Source of the DNA: an uncultured virus (IMG/VR IMGVR_UViG_3300044727_000045)
Taxonomy: Duplodnaviria; Heunggongvirae; Uroviricota; Caudoviricetes
Length of the DNA: 64,000 nt
Virus record (IMG/VR): IMGVR_UViG_3300044727_000045
Strand: one strand, 5' to 3'
The notes below the pieces were generated by a model. That model had not been told where the DNA came from. It did not search any database and worked only from the letters and a program-made list of their open reading frames with translations. Below are positions 17,418 to 28,973 of the stretch, in pieces. The number at the start of each line of letters is the position of its first letter. Position 1 is the first letter of the stretch. The position numbers and the translations under genes were made by a program.

Positions 17418-18905
17418 ATGCCAGGTGGTCCTTGGACTCCAGCCGCGCCTCCAACCAGGCCGGGTCTATACGTCAACTTCATCTCTGATGCTATTGCGGC
17501 GATTACCGCTGGCGTCCGGGGTAGGGTGGCAATGATCGTCAGGGCACCGTGGGGACCGGCAAATCAAGTGCAGGTAGTTGACGGATTTGCGGATCTGCTC
17601 AACTATTTCACGCCCAACGAAACAGGCACCAACAATGCCTATTACGCTGGTCGTCAGGCGTTTTTGGGTGGAGCTCGTGAGCTTCGCATGTACCGTCTCC
17701 TGGGGGCCAGTAGCGCCAAGGCTACGGTAAACTTGCAGGATACGGCTGGGACGCCTAGCAACGCCATCAGGTTCGATGCCAAGAATGCGGGGGCCTACGG
17801 CAACTCGTTTATTGTGCAGACCCGTGCTAATCCCGGAGACGTCACCAAGACAGATGTCCTACTGACAGTTGGCGCGACATTGATGGCAACATGGACCAGC
17901 AATGTGAATCGCGGCACAGTAGGCCACATGAAGAACTTGGCTGATCTTGTCAACGCGGATACCAATAACTATTGGGTCACAGCCACGGTTATTGGCGAAG
18001 GCAACAGCATCCCGGCCAGCGCGTCTTTGACTCTTGCTTCTGGAAGCGAAGGGTCCGCCCCCGTGATGCAGGACTACATCAACCTGCTCACTACTATCGC
18101 CCTGGAAGCAGACGAGTGGGACGTCTTCACCTGCGACGTCAAGAACTCCGACCTGGCTGGTATCGAAGCCACGTTCGCTTCCTGGTTGCGTGACCTTCGT
18201 CTTGAAGGTTATCGGGTGGCAATGGTTCTCGGCAGTGGCCTTGCTGAAACTGCCGTAGCGGCCGAGACAGCTGCATCGACCATCAATCAGGAAGGTGTGC
18301 AGTACGTCTACCCAGGCGTGAATCAGACCGATTCAGCAGGTAATCTGGTTGTCAAGCGTGGGGCTGCCTTCGCTGCTCAGATTGCTGGCGTGCGGGCTTC
18401 ACTCCCGTTGGGCCAGGGTATGACGTACTATCCTTTGCAGGAGGTGATCGCCCTAGAAGCCAAGAACAAGGGTAGCACGGTTGATACTCTGATCAAGAGC
18501 GGGGTGACGGTCCTTGGCAAAGCTGGACTCAGTTTCCACGTGGTCAAGGGTGTGACAACTCTGGTGGTCCCGGGGTATGCGCTTGACGGTAATCCAATCC
18601 CACAGGGGTTCAAGAAGGTATCAATCGTCAACACGTGCGATGCCATTGCAGCGGCGATTGAGCTAGCTGCACGAACGAACTACATTGGGAAAGTCCCCAA
18701 CGACACGGACGGCCAGCAGGCTGTAGTTGGTGTGGTGCGCGACTTTCTGCGTGTGATGGCTGGTCAGAGAGCTATCCGCAATAACTACACGGTAGGTCTC
18801 AGCGAAACCCGTGAGTCAGAAGGCGAACGACTATACCTGGACATCTCGATGACAGTGGTCGATACCATTGATGTCATCCTGATGACCGTGAAGGTTGGGA
18901 CATAA
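17418..18905 (+). CDS. contractile tail sheath protein (XkdK-like)
   Basis: RPGLYVNF, WGPAN, AKNAGAYGN, GVTTL, YIGKVPND. Confidence 0.93.
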   Translation: MPGGPWTPAAPPTRPGLYVNFISDAIAAITAGVRGRVAMIVRAPWGPANQVQVVDGFADLLNYFTPNETGTNNAYYAGRQAFLGGARELRMYRLLGASSAKATVNLQDTAGTPSNAIRFDAKNAGAYGNSFIVQTRANPGDVTKTDVLLTVGATLMATWTSNVNRGTVGHMKNLADLVNADTNNYWVTATVIGEGNSIPASASLTLASGSEGSAPVMQDYINLLTTIALEADEWDVFTCDVKNSDLAGIEATFASWLRDLRLEGYRVAMVLGSGLAETAVAAETAASTINQEGVQYVYPGVNQTDSAGNLVVKRGAAFAAQIAGVRASLPLGQGMTYYPLQEVIALEAKNKGSTVDTLIKSGVTVLGKAGLSFHVVKGVTTLVVPGYALDGNPIPQGFKKVSIVNTCDAIAAAIELAARTNYIGKVPNDTDGQQAVVGVVRDFLRVMAGQRAIRNNYTVGLSETRESEGERLYLDISMTVVDTIDVILMTVKVGT

Positions 18906-18907
18906 GC

Positions 18908-19381
18908 ATGGCGCTGAATCCAGACCGTACTATCAATGGCTCTTACGGCGAACTGTTCCTAGATGGTGTGTGGCAGACCCAGGTACAGCGAGTCGAGGGC
19001 CGTATTACTATCAACCGCCGAGAGGTGCGTTTGGCCGGAGCACGCCAGACGGGCTACAAGGCGACTGGAACCTCGGGCGATGGAACCATCACAGGTTTCA
19101 AAGTCACGAGCCACTTCCTGCGGATGGTGGGTGCCTACCAGAGGCACAGCCGTTCTCGGCAGGTACCAGCTCTGATTCGCTACGAGTTGGATGATCCCGA
19201 GGCCTTTGGGTCTGAGGTTGTCGAGCTTCTGGGCGTCAAGTTCTGGGAAGTGCCGATTGGCTTTCAGGTTGATGAGCTAGTCGAAGAAGCCATTCCGTTC
19301 ACATTCATCAACCACAACCTGCTGTCCTGCATCGACGGAAACCTGCAAGAGTGGGAATCCGAAGGTAAAGACTGCAACTAG
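18908..19381 (+). CDS. tail tube protein (XkdM-like)
   Basis: INGSYGELFLDG, GTITGFKVTS, LDDPEAFG, EEAIPFTF. Confidence 0.93.
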   Translation: MALNPDRTINGSYGELFLDGVWQTQVQRVEGRITINRREVRLAGARQTGYKATGTSGDGTITGFKVTSHFLRMVGAYQRHSRSRQVPALIRYELDDPEAFGSEVVELLGVKFWEVPIGFQVDELVEEAIPFTFINHNLLSCIDGNLQEWESEGKDCN

Positions 19382-19396
19382 GGAGTAATAGCGGGC

Positions 19397-19948
19397 ATGA
19401 CCGATAGCATCGACACACAGGTTCAGGCTGCGGATGTACGCACGCCTATGCGTAGGCTGCCGAACAAGCCTGACGTGTTAGTAGAGCTCACTCCAGAGGA
19501 AGCTGCCGCTGAGTACCAAGGCGAGCCAGTAGATCCTTTGGAGGAGCTTCTTGCTTACGACTCAGATAAGAAGTTCAACGACGAGTTGGACATGAGCCAG
19601 TACGGTTTCAAGGCACCGTGGGTTATCACGAACCTTACTGGCCCAGAGCATATGCAGTTGATCGAGCGCAGTAGCCGCGTGGTCAAGAACACTGGCGCAG
19701 GTACCCTCCAGAAGCAGATGGACGGTCAGAAGTTTCAGGCGCTGGTGGTAGCTTATGGGGTAAAAAGCCCTAATCATAGAGATGCCAAGGTGATGCGCAA
19801 GTACAACATGCGTGCGACGCAGGAAGACCGCCTGGTGCTGGAGATCTACAAGAACCAGCCTGGTTTGATGTTGTATGTGTCTAATGCTGTATTAGAGCTA
19901 AGCGGGTTCCACGAAGACCTCGTGGAGGTTGCCAAAAGCTCTGATTGA
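19397..19948 (+). CDS. tail assembly chaperone (XkdN-like)
   Basis: between tube and TMP; PG...VLELSGF...EVAK. Confidence 0.75.
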   Translation: MTDSIDTQVQAADVRTPMRRLPNKPDVLVELTPEEAAAEYQGEPVDPLEELLAYDSDKKFNDELDMSQYGFKAPWVITNLTGPEHMQLIERSSRVVKNTGAGTLQKQMDGQKFQALVVAYGVKSPNHRDAKVMRKYNMRATQEDRLVLEIYKNQPGLMLYVSNAVLELSGFHEDLVEVAKSSD

Positions 19949-20174
19949 GGCGCATCCAGAAACCAATCTCTTGGCTAGGATCTTCATTGAAACAGGCCGG
20001 TTTCCCAATGAAGTCTACAACCTACCCCGTGGCGAACGAGCTCTGGTGTATGCATCTGTCATCACAGGAGCCAAGTTCAAAGGTGGCGGTGGTGGAGCGG
20101 CAACTGCCAAGAATGTGAAGACAATGCTAGCTAAGGTGCGGACAGCGAAGGGACTCCCAAGTGGCGGTACGTAG
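19929..20174 (+). CDS. chaperone C-terminal extension ORF (gpT-like), likely reached by frameshift
   Basis: PNEVYNLPRGERALVYAS typical of the pre-TMP ORF; overlaps chaperone end. Confidence 0.65.
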   Translation: MPKALIEAHPETNLLARIFIETGRFPNEVYNLPRGERALVYASVITGAKFKGGGGGAATAKNVKTMLAKVRTAKGLPSGGT

Positions 20175-23100
20175 AGTTGTAGCTGCTATTGACGTTGTCA
20201 TCAATGGGCAGCGCAATATTGACCGCCTTGCGTCTGGGTATGTAGCTGTTGAGCGTGCTGCTCAAAGCGCTCAACGCACCTTATCTAGAGTTACTACCAC
20301 CACGACCACTACATCGGCCGCGATGGGGGCGCTGAACACTAGCCTTCGTCAGGTCTCTAGTGGATTCATGGGTTTCGTCAATGCTATTGACAGAGGCCGC
20401 AACCAGATCCAGCAGGGCGGTAGGGCTACCAGGGGTTTCACCGACAACATCCTATCCCTGACCAAGTCGATGCTCTTATTCTCGGTGTTGCTGCCTATTG
20501 TGCAGTTACCCCAGAGAGCTATAGAATCTTTTGGCGATTTTATCAAGGTTGGTTCTGCGTGGCAGGACCAGATGCGCGTCTCGAACACTCTGCTGCGCCT
20601 GAATGAAGAGCAGTTTCAGACGTTAAGCAGACAAGTCGGCGGGATGGCAATACAGTACAACGTTGCCACCGATTCGATGCGGGATTTGATGACGACGGCA
20701 TCATCCAGCGTGTCTGCCATCAAGATCAATCAGGTAGAACTAGATAGATTAGGTAAGACTGCCTACGATGCCAGTGTAGCTTTCCAACTAGCTGAGTCGT
20801 CTGCACGTCTGGCCTTTGCAACAGGTACCAATGCGTCAGAAGCCACTACTACTCTGATCCAGACTATGGCTACTTATGGTCTTGAGATCGAGAACGTGGC
20901 GGCTGTATCTGATTCACTGTTTGCTATTACTGACGTAGGTACAGTACGCTTCAACGAACTGGAGCATGTTCTGCCGCGCGTTTCGGCTGCGATGGGTCCT
21001 CTTATCGCACGCTACGATACCGCCGGAGAGAAGATGACAGTGATGAATGAGTCGTTTGCTGCCTTTGCGGCAATGACTCAGGTAATGCCTGCTGAACAAG
21101 CGGCAACATCATTCAGTAACATCTTCAAAGATATTGCCCAGATGACTGGTAAGCAGAAGGAACTGGTCCAGGGCTGGGAGCGCGTCCGTAAGGCACAGAA
21201 CTTGGGCGAAGACCAAAGTCTTGATCCTACGGCTTTGCTCAAAGGTGGCCCCATGAGGGCCATTGTTCAACTGCGCCAGATCTTCGACTTACGCGGAAAG
21301 ATGGTTGATGCCTACGTGGCTCAACAGCGTCGCATGGGCAACACGGCTGAGGAAGATCCTCTTCGTGTCACGGGTCAGATGCAGCTCATGCAGGCGTACT
21401 TCGAAGACATGCGGGCTGTCCGTGGTTTCCAGCTCACTTCAGTAGATCAGTTCAAAAGAGCTGAACAAGCTTATAACGAAGGTCGGGAAGGGTCTGTCGC
21501 AGGCGGCGAAGCTGAGATGAACAAGAGCTTCGCCGCAGTCCAGGGTAGGATGGGTGTTGCCTGGGGACAACTCCAGACAGAGATGTTCAGGTCGCTAGAA
21601 CCTAGTCTGGTGGGTGGCGGCAATACTATTACTGCCCTATTCACTCAGATGCTCAATAATGCCGACTTCAAGTCTGGTAACTTCCTGAGTAAGCTGCGCA
21701 TCTTTGGCGGAGAACTGATGGCGGCGTTCTCCGGTTGGTTTCTCGGTGGTGGGCGCGGCCAGATCCAGACCGTAGGTAGAGAACTCGGCACGTTTATTGG
21801 CGAGGCTATCACAACCTTCTTCAAGGGTAGCCCAGACAACGTGATGATCGAAGCTGCTAGAGCCTTCGGTACATCGTTTGTTCAGGCTATTGGGGATACT
21901 CTACCAGAACTGTTGAAGGCAGTCATCAGTAGCTCGCTCACCAAGGCACTAGTCGAGATGGTTGCCATCCGCTATATTACCAAGGGTTGGATGTCTCCAG
22001 CACTTAGTCGTGGTGCGGCTGTGGCTGGGACCGCTGCGATTGAAGGTTCTTCAGACGCTGGTGGTATAGCTGGGATTGCAGGTCCAGCTCTTGGTGGTCT
22101 TATCATGGCTGGCGCTGGAGTTGCCGCGCTAAGACGTGGTGCAGCTAGAAACATCCTTGGTGGTGGCGGTGTAGGTGGTCCTGCTGGCCCTATCCGCAAC
22201 TTCAATGATGCTATGGGCACAGTCTCGTTGTTGGCTAACGAACGAAACCTACCAACGTCTAATCCAGCCAGTACCAGAAGGTTCCCTAATCCCAACAGAA
22301 TGTTCCCGATTGGGCGTGGTTGGCCTGGATATGGGACTATTGCCAAGGGTGCTGGCCGGATGGGTGGCAACGCTCTGCTCGCAGGCATAATGGGTGCAGG
22401 TGAGATCCTTGGTGCTGATAGCGATAGGGAGCGTTGGGGTGCTATTGGTGGCACCATTGGTGGTGTTGGGGGTGCCGCACTAGGTGGACTAGCTGGCGGA
22501 GGCATCGCAAGCGTTCTCACGGGTCTCCTGGGTAGCATGGTTGGTGGTGGTCTGGGCCGAGCCGCTGGTGGTGGTCTATACGACATGTTCCATCCGGCTA
22601 CTGGCATGGGCGCTGCTGAAGCAGAAGCTCCAGAACGTTTGGCGATGGCAGAAGTCTTTGCCACTGGCGTAGATGCGTCTCAAGCCGTACCGTTGTTGAC
22701 TCAGATCCGTGATGTATTGATCCGTAGTGGTGGCGGTTCTATTGGTGGTTTCAGTGCTCCTATCCCGACTGCGGGCGGAACTATGCCTGCCGGTTCCCGA
22801 GCACCCAACCAGAGCTTCGTCAACCAGATGGATCTTACGCAGCTTACTCCTGATCAGGCGGCTGCTGCATGTGGTCCAGCGGCAGCAGCATTCTTCGCTC
22901 GTGCATATGGTCGCAACCCAACCCTGAAGGAAGCCTACACCCTGATCACACAGCTACAGGGTGGTGATCCAGCTAGCTCAGGTGGTACCCGAGGCGTAGC
23001 TACTATCGGGGCTGCCCTGAACCAGATGGGCGTTAGTAATGACGTCTACCAGGGTGGCAATGTAGATTGGGGTAGATTAGCCGAAGGTGCCAGTGCTGGT

Positions 23101-23532
23101 CAGCCAGGCATTGTAAACGTCGGACCTAGAGGCAGCTTCCCAGGACACTTCTTCCAGATTGGTGGTTGGGATCCAACCAGTAATCGCTTCAATGTTGGTG
23201 CATCTGGTACTGCTCTCAAGGGCGGTAAGGACTGGATGACCCCTGAAGAGATGATGAAGCTTGGACCTCTGCTTGGGGCTGTGTACGGTGGTGGCACAGG
23301 TAAGGGTGGAGTGTCCGAGGCAGACATCGCAGCACTTCAGGGACAGGCAGCTACAGGCATGGGGCCGGGTGGTGCAGGTGGAACAGTCATCAACATCAAC
23401 AACTTGATGAATGTTGATTCAATTGATGGCAATACAGACATCAGGGCATTGATGGGGCAGATGGCAGATATGCTGAGATCGTTGTCTAATGGCGGTTCAG
23501 TAGCAGGCCAAACTGGGACAATTGCGCCATGA
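20161..23532 (+). CDS. tape measure protein (TP901-like core) with C-terminal C39-like peptidase domain
   Basis: SDSLFAITDVGTVRFNEL, AATSFSN; Gly/Ala-rich; ACGPAAAA...GHFF. Confidence 0.88.
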   Translation: MAVRRVVAAIDVVINGQRNIDRLASGYVAVERAAQSAQRTLSRVTTTTTTTSAAMGALNTSLRQVSSGFMGFVNAIDRGRNQIQQGGRATRGFTDNILSLTKSMLLFSVLLPIVQLPQRAIESFGDFIKVGSAWQDQMRVSNTLLRLNEEQFQTLSRQVGGMAIQYNVATDSMRDLMTTASSSVSAIKINQVELDRLGKTAYDASVAFQLAESSARLAFATGTNASEATTTLIQTMATYGLEIENVAAVSDSLFAITDVGTVRFNELEHVLPRVSAAMGPLIARYDTAGEKMTVMNESFAAFAAMTQVMPAEQAATSFSNIFKDIAQMTGKQKELVQGWERVRKAQNLGEDQSLDPTALLKGGPMRAIVQLRQIFDLRGKMVDAYVAQQRRMGNTAEEDPLRVTGQMQLMQAYFEDMRAVRGFQLTSVDQFKRAEQAYNEGREGSVAGGEAEMNKSFAAVQGRMGVAWGQLQTEMFRSLEPSLVGGGNTITALFTQMLNNADFKSGNFLSKLRIFGGELMAAFSGWFLGGGRGQIQTVGRELGTFIGEAITTFFKGSPDNVMIEAARAFGTSFVQAIGDTLPELLKAVISSSLTKALVEMVAIRYITKGWMSPALSRGAAVAGTAAIEGSSDAGGIAGIAGPALGGLIMAGAGVAALRRGAARNILGGGGVGGPAGPIRNFNDAMGTVSLLANERNLPTSNPASTRRFPNPNRMFPIGRGWPGYGTIAKGAGRMGGNALLAGIMGAGEILGADSDRERWGAIGGTIGGVGGAALGGLAGGGIASVLTGLLGSMVGGGLGRAAGGGLYDMFHPATGMGAAEAEAPERLAMAEVFATGVDASQAVPLLTQIRDVLIRSGGGSIGGFSAPIPTAGGTMPAGSRAPNQSFVNQMDLTQLTPDQAAAACGPAAAAFFARAYGRNPTLKEAYTLITQLQGGDPASSGGTRGVATIGAALNQMGVSNDVYQGGNVDWGRLAEGASAGQPGIVNVGPRGSFPGHFFQIGGWDPTSNRFNVGASGTALKGGKDWMTPEEMMKLGPLLGAVYGGGTGKGGVSEADIAALQGQAATGMGPGGAGGTVININNLMNVDSIDGNTDIRALMGQMADMLRSLSNGGSVAGQTGTIAP

Positions 23533-25136
23533 GCCCTATGAACCCTGAAACTGGTGAAGGCTTCGATGCCGTACTGGTAGAGGAGTCAGAGTACTTCGAC
23601 CCGCAGGCGCTGGATGAGAAATACCCAGGCTCGCTGGGTCTCACCATGAAGAAGAGCACCTACTGGCAGGGCGATGTAGAGTTCAGTACATATGAAGCAG
23701 TAGGTCCCAAATTTGGTCCCAAGTGGCCCGAAGGGACCATGAAAACTGGTGGGCTTGGTACCGATGCAGATGTGTGGGGACTAAGCACCAAGGATCCGCC
23801 ACCTCCAGGCTATGCTCCCTGGTTGGTTAATGGTGTGGGTGGTCAGGGTGGTACCAATAGTGGTACCAACATCTTCCCTCTGGTGCGCAAGCCTTCTCCA
23901 GGTACTGAGATCATTGAGAAGCATGAGTGGACACCGTGCTTTGAAGATGATGGGTCTCCCACTATGGGAGACTACGCGCAGCGCGGACTCATGGATATCA
24001 CCCTCCTGGGGGCATACGGTGGAGACATCAAGTTTCCTGTTATGCCTGAGGAGTTTGGTGCAGATTTTACTCATGAGTATTGGACACCTAGAGTAGTCGG
24101 GCTTGGCGAGATTATCATGCCTGGCGGGCAGTCGATGGAAACTATCAGTTGGGATAGTTTCTTCCCCCGCTACTATGACATGGATTACGTCAATGTTGCC
24201 CCTGCGGAGCTTGAAGATCCTAAGTCTCTAACAGCACGTATCATCTGGACCATGCGGTTCAAGATGGATTGCATGTTGCTGGTAGGTGGTGGGATTTGGA
24301 ATGATCGTGTAGTTATCACCAACTTTACTTACCGTCATAAGGCAGGTGAAGTAGACGACATCTACTATACGATCGCATTGAAGCGATACAGGGCTCCAAT
24401 TGTCACTACCTCACCTGCGCCAGATTCTGTCAAGGACCGATGGCCTAAAGACCCTAGGCGTCCAGGTGGAGGCATCGAAGCTCCTACTGGCTCCCCTGCT
24501 GATGGGGTTGTTACGCCAGCGGAAGAACCGCCCTCCGATCTGCTTGTAACTGTAGAGCCAGACCCACCTGCTCCAGGGCAGGTACCACCTAACGACACTG
24601 TCAATCCTGGTGTTGCTAACCGCAATTCTCTTATTACCATCGAGACTACTACTGTCTTGGGGCAGCCAGCCAAGGCGGATCAGAAACTCCCTGCATTCAG
24701 CGAGACGTTCCAGGATGTTGTGTTTCGGCTAGCCAAAGAAGGTCCGAACACGTTGGAAAACATGCTGCCACTGAACCAATGGGTGACAGACAACGGCTAT
24801 AATACACGCACTTCTCAGCTTCCTGTTGGTAGCGGTGTACGATACTATAAGGAAACGCCTCAGACAGCAGGTAATCCGACGGTACTGTCCCCATCTGGAG
24901 CAGTGCAGACTGGCGCGGCAATTGTCGAGGGTGTGGGTACTATGACGGAAGCAATTGCCAAGGCGTGGGAAGATATCAATAATGCTATCAGGCCTCCAGA
25001 TTGGCTGACCAAGCCAATTGACCTGTGGCCGCTGTTGAGTGCAGGTCGCCCAGATCCAAGCACGGTTGTTTCAGGCGGGGTGCCTACGAACAAGCCTATT
25101 GAGGTCCCACGACAAGGTGGTGGGCTGCCCCGCTGA
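23529..25136 (+). CDS. tail tube initiator / XkdP-like protein
   Basis: FPVMPEE, VVGLGEI, ISWDSFFP, DIYYTIALKRYR. Confidence 0.75.
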   Translation: MSPMNPETGEGFDAVLVEESEYFDPQALDEKYPGSLGLTMKKSTYWQGDVEFSTYEAVGPKFGPKWPEGTMKTGGLGTDADVWGLSTKDPPPPGYAPWLVNGVGGQGGTNSGTNIFPLVRKPSPGTEIIEKHEWTPCFEDDGSPTMGDYAQRGLMDITLLGAYGGDIKFPVMPEEFGADFTHEYWTPRVVGLGEIIMPGGQSMETISWDSFFPRYYDMDYVNVAPAELEDPKSLTARIIWTMRFKMDCMLLVGGGIWNDRVVITNFTYRHKAGEVDDIYYTIALKRYRAPIVTTSPAPDSVKDRWPKDPRRPGGGIEAPTGSPADGVVTPAEEPPSDLLVTVEPDPPAPGQVPPNDTVNPGVANRNSLITIETTTVLGQPAKADQKLPAFSETFQDVVFRLAKEGPNTLENMLPLNQWVTDNGYNTRTSQLPVGSGVRYYKETPQTAGNPTVLSPSGAVQTGAAIVEGVGTMTEAIAKAWEDINNAIRPPDWLTKPIDLWPLLSAGRPDPSTVVSGGVPTNKPIEVPRQGGGLPR

Positions 25137-27358
25137 TGCCTCTACTAACTTCTACTACTCCTAACATTGCCGACCTGAAGATCGGCGAATATAAAGTGGT
25201 TGTGGTGGATGCTGACAAGGGCACCAGCCAGGATCTATCGCAGCTGTGCTCAGGCATACAGTGGGATTATGATCTTGACCAGGCTGCTGAGCATTATCAG
25301 CTCAGCTTTGTGCATATTGATAACATTGCTTTCAAGATCAAGCCTGGTGATAGGGTCAAGCTGTACGGGTATGCAGTGCGGCCCGTTGGCAGCAGCCTGG
25401 AGATCTATTGGGAGCTGCTAAAGCGTATCTTCATTGCCCAGACAACCATTGGTAGTGAAGACGGTGGAACGCTACGTGCCACAGGCTACAACGTCATGTG
25501 GTACATCATGCGGAACAAAGACACCGTCATGCTGGAGAATGAAACTGCTAGCCAGTTCATCAAGAGGACGGCTGCCTATTATGGTATTCCGCTAGGTACC
25601 ATACAAGATACAGGTGTGATTCTTGAGCGCGAGCCGTTCATGAATCGTACTATCTGGGATATGTGGGTATCGACGCTGTCCTATACCCGAGATATTAACC
25701 AAGATGCACGCTTCATCTTGCAAGAGAAAGATGGCAAGATTGAGCTGGTTTCCAGGGTCAATCCATCTGGGGTCTGGAATTTTCACCGTGGTTATTTCCA
25801 GCCTGGTCCAGACTCTTGGAACAATAACCCTGGGAATATCTTCTCTAGCCAGAACAGCTTTAGTATGGAGAACTACTCCAACGTTGTTAGAGTCTACAAG
25901 GGTGGCAGCTCATCTAGCAATAGCTCTGACTTCTTTGGTGGCGGCGGCACGGGCGATGCACCGTCCTTACAGTTTCAGTATCCAGCTCAGGAGCTTATCG
26001 AATCAGGCAACGTAGCAGAAATCAACAAATACGGTATGTTTGTTGAGTCTGTAGATCTGCATATGCCTGGGGAAACTGCTCTAGATCTTGGCAACGATAA
26101 AGCTAATGCTGAGCAGCAGGGTATGAAACTGTATGCCAAGCTGAGCAAGTTTGAGAACACTGGCACCATCACAACCTTCAACGTCAATACCATGCGGGCT
26201 GGCGACCAGGTACATATCAAGGATGAGATCACTGGTCTGGTAGGGATATACTTCGTCAAGTCTGGTAGCCATATGGTAAGTGACCAGGAGACGTCAATGT
26301 CTCTGACGGTGAATATCGAAGATGCACTGCCAGAAGCATACGCAGCCAGGCCCCAAAAACAGAAGAGCGGCGATAACGATGGTGGGTTCTTTGGGCCTAC
26401 CACACCAGCCGCAGGACCAGCAGGACGGGAATGGACCAAGATGTCTGGTTCAATCTCCATTCCAGACCGTTATGCGCTGGCTGTAGCCGCAGGTTTCAAG
26501 CCTGGTGATGATGCCATCAAGATGGTAACCATCAGTCTGTACGAATGCGGCAACTGTGACATGGGTGCAGTCAATACTACCAATGACGTGAGCCTGTGGC
26601 AGATCAATGCGGTGCACTGGCCGAGATATGGTGGTCCTGACGTCTTAGTCAATCCCCGAATGAGCGCCAAGGCAGCTTTCGGGGTGTGGTCTGGGGCTGG
26701 TGGCGGCGAAGCAGGTTTCAGACAATGGCACGTATATCCTAACTGGAACGGTGCTGGAGCAGGAACACCACAATCTGCATTTGACGCCAAGATGGCTGAA
26801 GTTCGTGCTCTGGTTGCCAGTGGTGGGAACACGGCCAACACGAACTGGACGCCTACAGATATGCGCGGCAAGCTACCCACCAACCACGAGGGTGATTACG
26901 CTGCTAGAGAGCTTAGCGGGATCTCTGGAATAACCCTGCACTACACGGCTGGCCCTGCTAGCCAATCAGCCTATCAGGTAGCACAGTACCAGACTTCTGA
27001 GGCAGCCAGGGGCCAGACAGGGGCTAACGTTCCATTCCCAGGCTTGGCTTACACCTTCTTCGTAGAGCAAGATGGTAAGGTCGTCATGGCTTGGGATCTC
27101 GCTAGAGCTCCTTGGCACAGCAATGGTCCAGGCCGGAACACACACTACATCGGTATCTGTTATGCTGGCGACGTAGCTCCTAACGATGCCCAGATAACAG
27201 GTATGGCGCAGGCTATCGGGTTTGCTCAGAGGCAATTGGGCAAGAAGCTTACCATTGAGGGCCATAAGGAAGCCGGTGGGTCCAATACTGAATGCCCAGG
27301 ACCACAGTGGCCGTCTTGGAAACAAACTGTAATCAATAGGATCCCAATTGGCTCATGA
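25136..27358 (+). CDS. baseplate hub (XkdQ-like) fused to lysozyme-like and N-acetylmuramoyl-L-alanine amidase domains
   Basis: hub N-domain with [20 protein letters not shown]...[13 protein letters not shown]...PWHS...GHKE...TECPG. Confidence 0.85.
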   Translation: MPLLTSTTPNIADLKIGEYKVVVVDADKGTSQDLSQLCSGIQWDYDLDQAAEHYQLSFVHIDNIAFKIKPGDRVKLYGYAVRPVGSSLEIYWELLKRIFIAQTTIGSEDGGTLRATGYNVMWYIMRNKDTVMLENETASQFIKRTAAYYGIPLGTIQDTGVILEREPFMNRTIWDMWVSTLSYTRDINQDARFILQEKDGKIELVSRVNPSGVWNFHRGYFQPGPDSWNNNPGNIFSSQNSFSMENYSNVVRVYKGGSSSSNSSDFFGGGGTGDAPSLQFQYPAQELIESGNVAEINKYGMFVESVDLHMPGETALDLGNDKANAEQQGMKLYAKLSKFENTGTITTFNVNTMRAGDQVHIKDEITGLVGIYFVKSGSHMVSDQETSMSLTVNIEDALPEAYAARPQKQKSGDNDGGFFGPTTPAAGPAGREWTKMSGSISIPDRYALAVAAGFKPGDDAIKMVTISLYECGNCDMGAVNTTNDVSLWQINAVHWPRYGGPDVLVNPRMSAKAAFGVWSGAGGGEAGFRQWHVYPNWNGAGAGTPQSAFDAKMAEVRALVASGGNTANTNWTPTDMRGKLPTNHEGDYAARELSGISGITLHYTAGPASQSAYQVAQYQTSEAARGQTGANVPFPGLAYTFFVEQDGKVVMAWDLARAPWHSNGPGRNTHYIGICYAGDVAPNDAQITGMAQAIGFAQRQLGKKLTIEGHKEAGGSNTECPGPQWPSWKQTVINRIPIGS

Positions 27359-28536
27359 CCACTATTGATGGACCCCAGAAACTACTCGATGTTCTGCGTA
27401 ATATCGCAGACAACGAGGACAAGCTCAATGCCCTAGCGGGTACGGGTTTGGTCCTGAGAACAGGCATTGTTCTCAGTAGTTTGCCAGAGATCACTGTAGC
27501 CATGGATGGCGAAAGTTCTCTGGGTGGGCCGATGATCTTTGCTGAGCACAAGGGCGACCTGCTGGTGCCCGAAGATCTAATGCTCACCAAGGGTGATACG
27601 GTGGTCATGGCCCCACTTTCCAAGAGAAAGTGGGTAATCATGTTCAAGACTCGTACCACCAACGAGCAGATATACCGAGCCAGATACGGTATAAACAAAG
27701 ATAGAGATGGCGGTGACTTTGCGGGGCTAGAAGTTATAATGGACCCCGTAACTCATGCTGTCACTATTAATCTTGTCGGTGGCACCACGAATGTCAATGG
27801 CGATAACGTCTTTGTAAATAACTCAGAGATCGCCGAAGACGTCATTGTAGGCCCGCAGGGTCCAGCAGGCCCGCCCGGTCCAGCAGGTCCAGTCGGTCCT
27901 GGATCTACTGTTCCTGGCCCTCCCGGGGTCACTGGCCCTGCGGGACCCCAGGGTAATCCAGGTCCAACGGGCCTGAAGGGTGACCCTGGTGCTACTGGTC
28001 CACAAGGACTAGAGGGACAGCGCGGCTATGAAGGTATGCCTGGTCCAATTGGACCTAAAGGTGATACTGGCCCGGCTGGTCCTCAAGGTTCTCCTGGTCC
28101 GCAGGGGGCAATGGGTGAAACAGGTGCTACGACTACAGGTGCACATGAGGAGTTTGTCCCAGCTAACGGTGCTACAGTAGTCACCCTAAGTACCCAGGCG
28201 ACACTCTTGTTGATGGTGTCCAGAGGCGGCGTTATTCAGTCATATGTCAATGGGGACTATGCTCTAACTGGAGGTGGCAACACGGTTACTTTTACAGACC
28301 CCTTCAATGGGAGCGAACGTGTTATAATCTCCTATGGTGCCGCCACTATGTCCGGGGCAGACTCAGAGCTACGTGTTTACGTTCAAAACATGATGGCAAT
28401 CCTAGATCCAGGAGGAGTACCACCACCTGAGGCAGCAACCGCGCAGGGAGCCGCAGTGGATATCGAACTGCGCGAATACATCCAGACTATCATGGCAACT
28501 CTAGACCCAGGTGGTCCTCCACCACCACCAGCATAG
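27355..28536 (+). CDS. XkdR-like spike protein with collagen-like repeat
   Basis: [22 protein letters not shown]; about 30 Gly-X-Y triplets. Confidence 0.7.
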   Translation: MTTIDGPQKLLDVLRNIADNEDKLNALAGTGLVLRTGIVLSSLPEITVAMDGESSLGGPMIFAEHKGDLLVPEDLMLTKGDTVVMAPLSKRKWVIMFKTRTTNEQIYRARYGINKDRDGGDFAGLEVIMDPVTHAVTINLVGGTTNVNGDNVFVNNSEIAEDVIVGPQGPAGPPGPAGPVGPGSTVPGPPGVTGPAGPQGNPGPTGLKGDPGATGPQGLEGQRGYEGMPGPIGPKGDTGPAGPQGSPGPQGAMGETGATTTGAHEEFVPANGATVVTLSTQATLLLMVSRGGVIQSYVNGDYALTGGGNTVTFTDPFNGSERVIISYGAATMSGADSELRVYVQNMMAILDPGGVPPPEAATAQGAAVDIELREYIQTIMATLDPGGPPPPPA

Positions 28537-28544
28537 GAGAACTA

Positions 28545-28946
28545 ATGGCTGGCTCCAAAACCGATGCGTTCGAAGCACGCATTCTTGATCACATCTTCAA
28601 GGGTGGCGCAACGCCTGCCCTGACTGCTCTGTCCACTGTTTACGTCGCACTCTACACGGTTGTACCGTCTGACTCTGCGGGTGGTACTGAAGTGGCTGGT
28701 TCGGCTTATGCCCGACAGGCTGTCGCCGCAGCAGGTTGGACACGTACTTCTTCCAGCATGAGCAACAATGCCGAGGTTGCTTTCCCGGCTGTTACCAGCA
28801 CCCCATATACGGTCGTCGGTTGGGCTATCATGGACGCTGCTAGCTCGGGTAACCAATTGTATTGGGGAGACTGTACTAGTACGGTGATGAGCGTCGGTGA
28901 TATCCCGCGTTTTGCCCCTTCGGCTATCACCGTTACTGAGGACTGA
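28545..28946 (+). CDS. short phage tail fibre-associated protein
   Basis: VYVALYT..P.D..GGTEV.G..YARQ...IMDA.S.GN.LYWG pattern. Confidence 0.75.
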   Translation: MAGSKTDAFEARILDHIFKGGATPALTALSTVYVALYTVVPSDSAGGTEVAGSAYARQAVAAAGWTRTSSSMSNNAEVAFPAVTSTPYTVVGWAIMDAASSGNQLYWGDCTSTVMSVGDIPRFAPSAITVTED

Positions 28947-28973
28947 AACTACTAGTTCCTCAGGTAATCCGAA

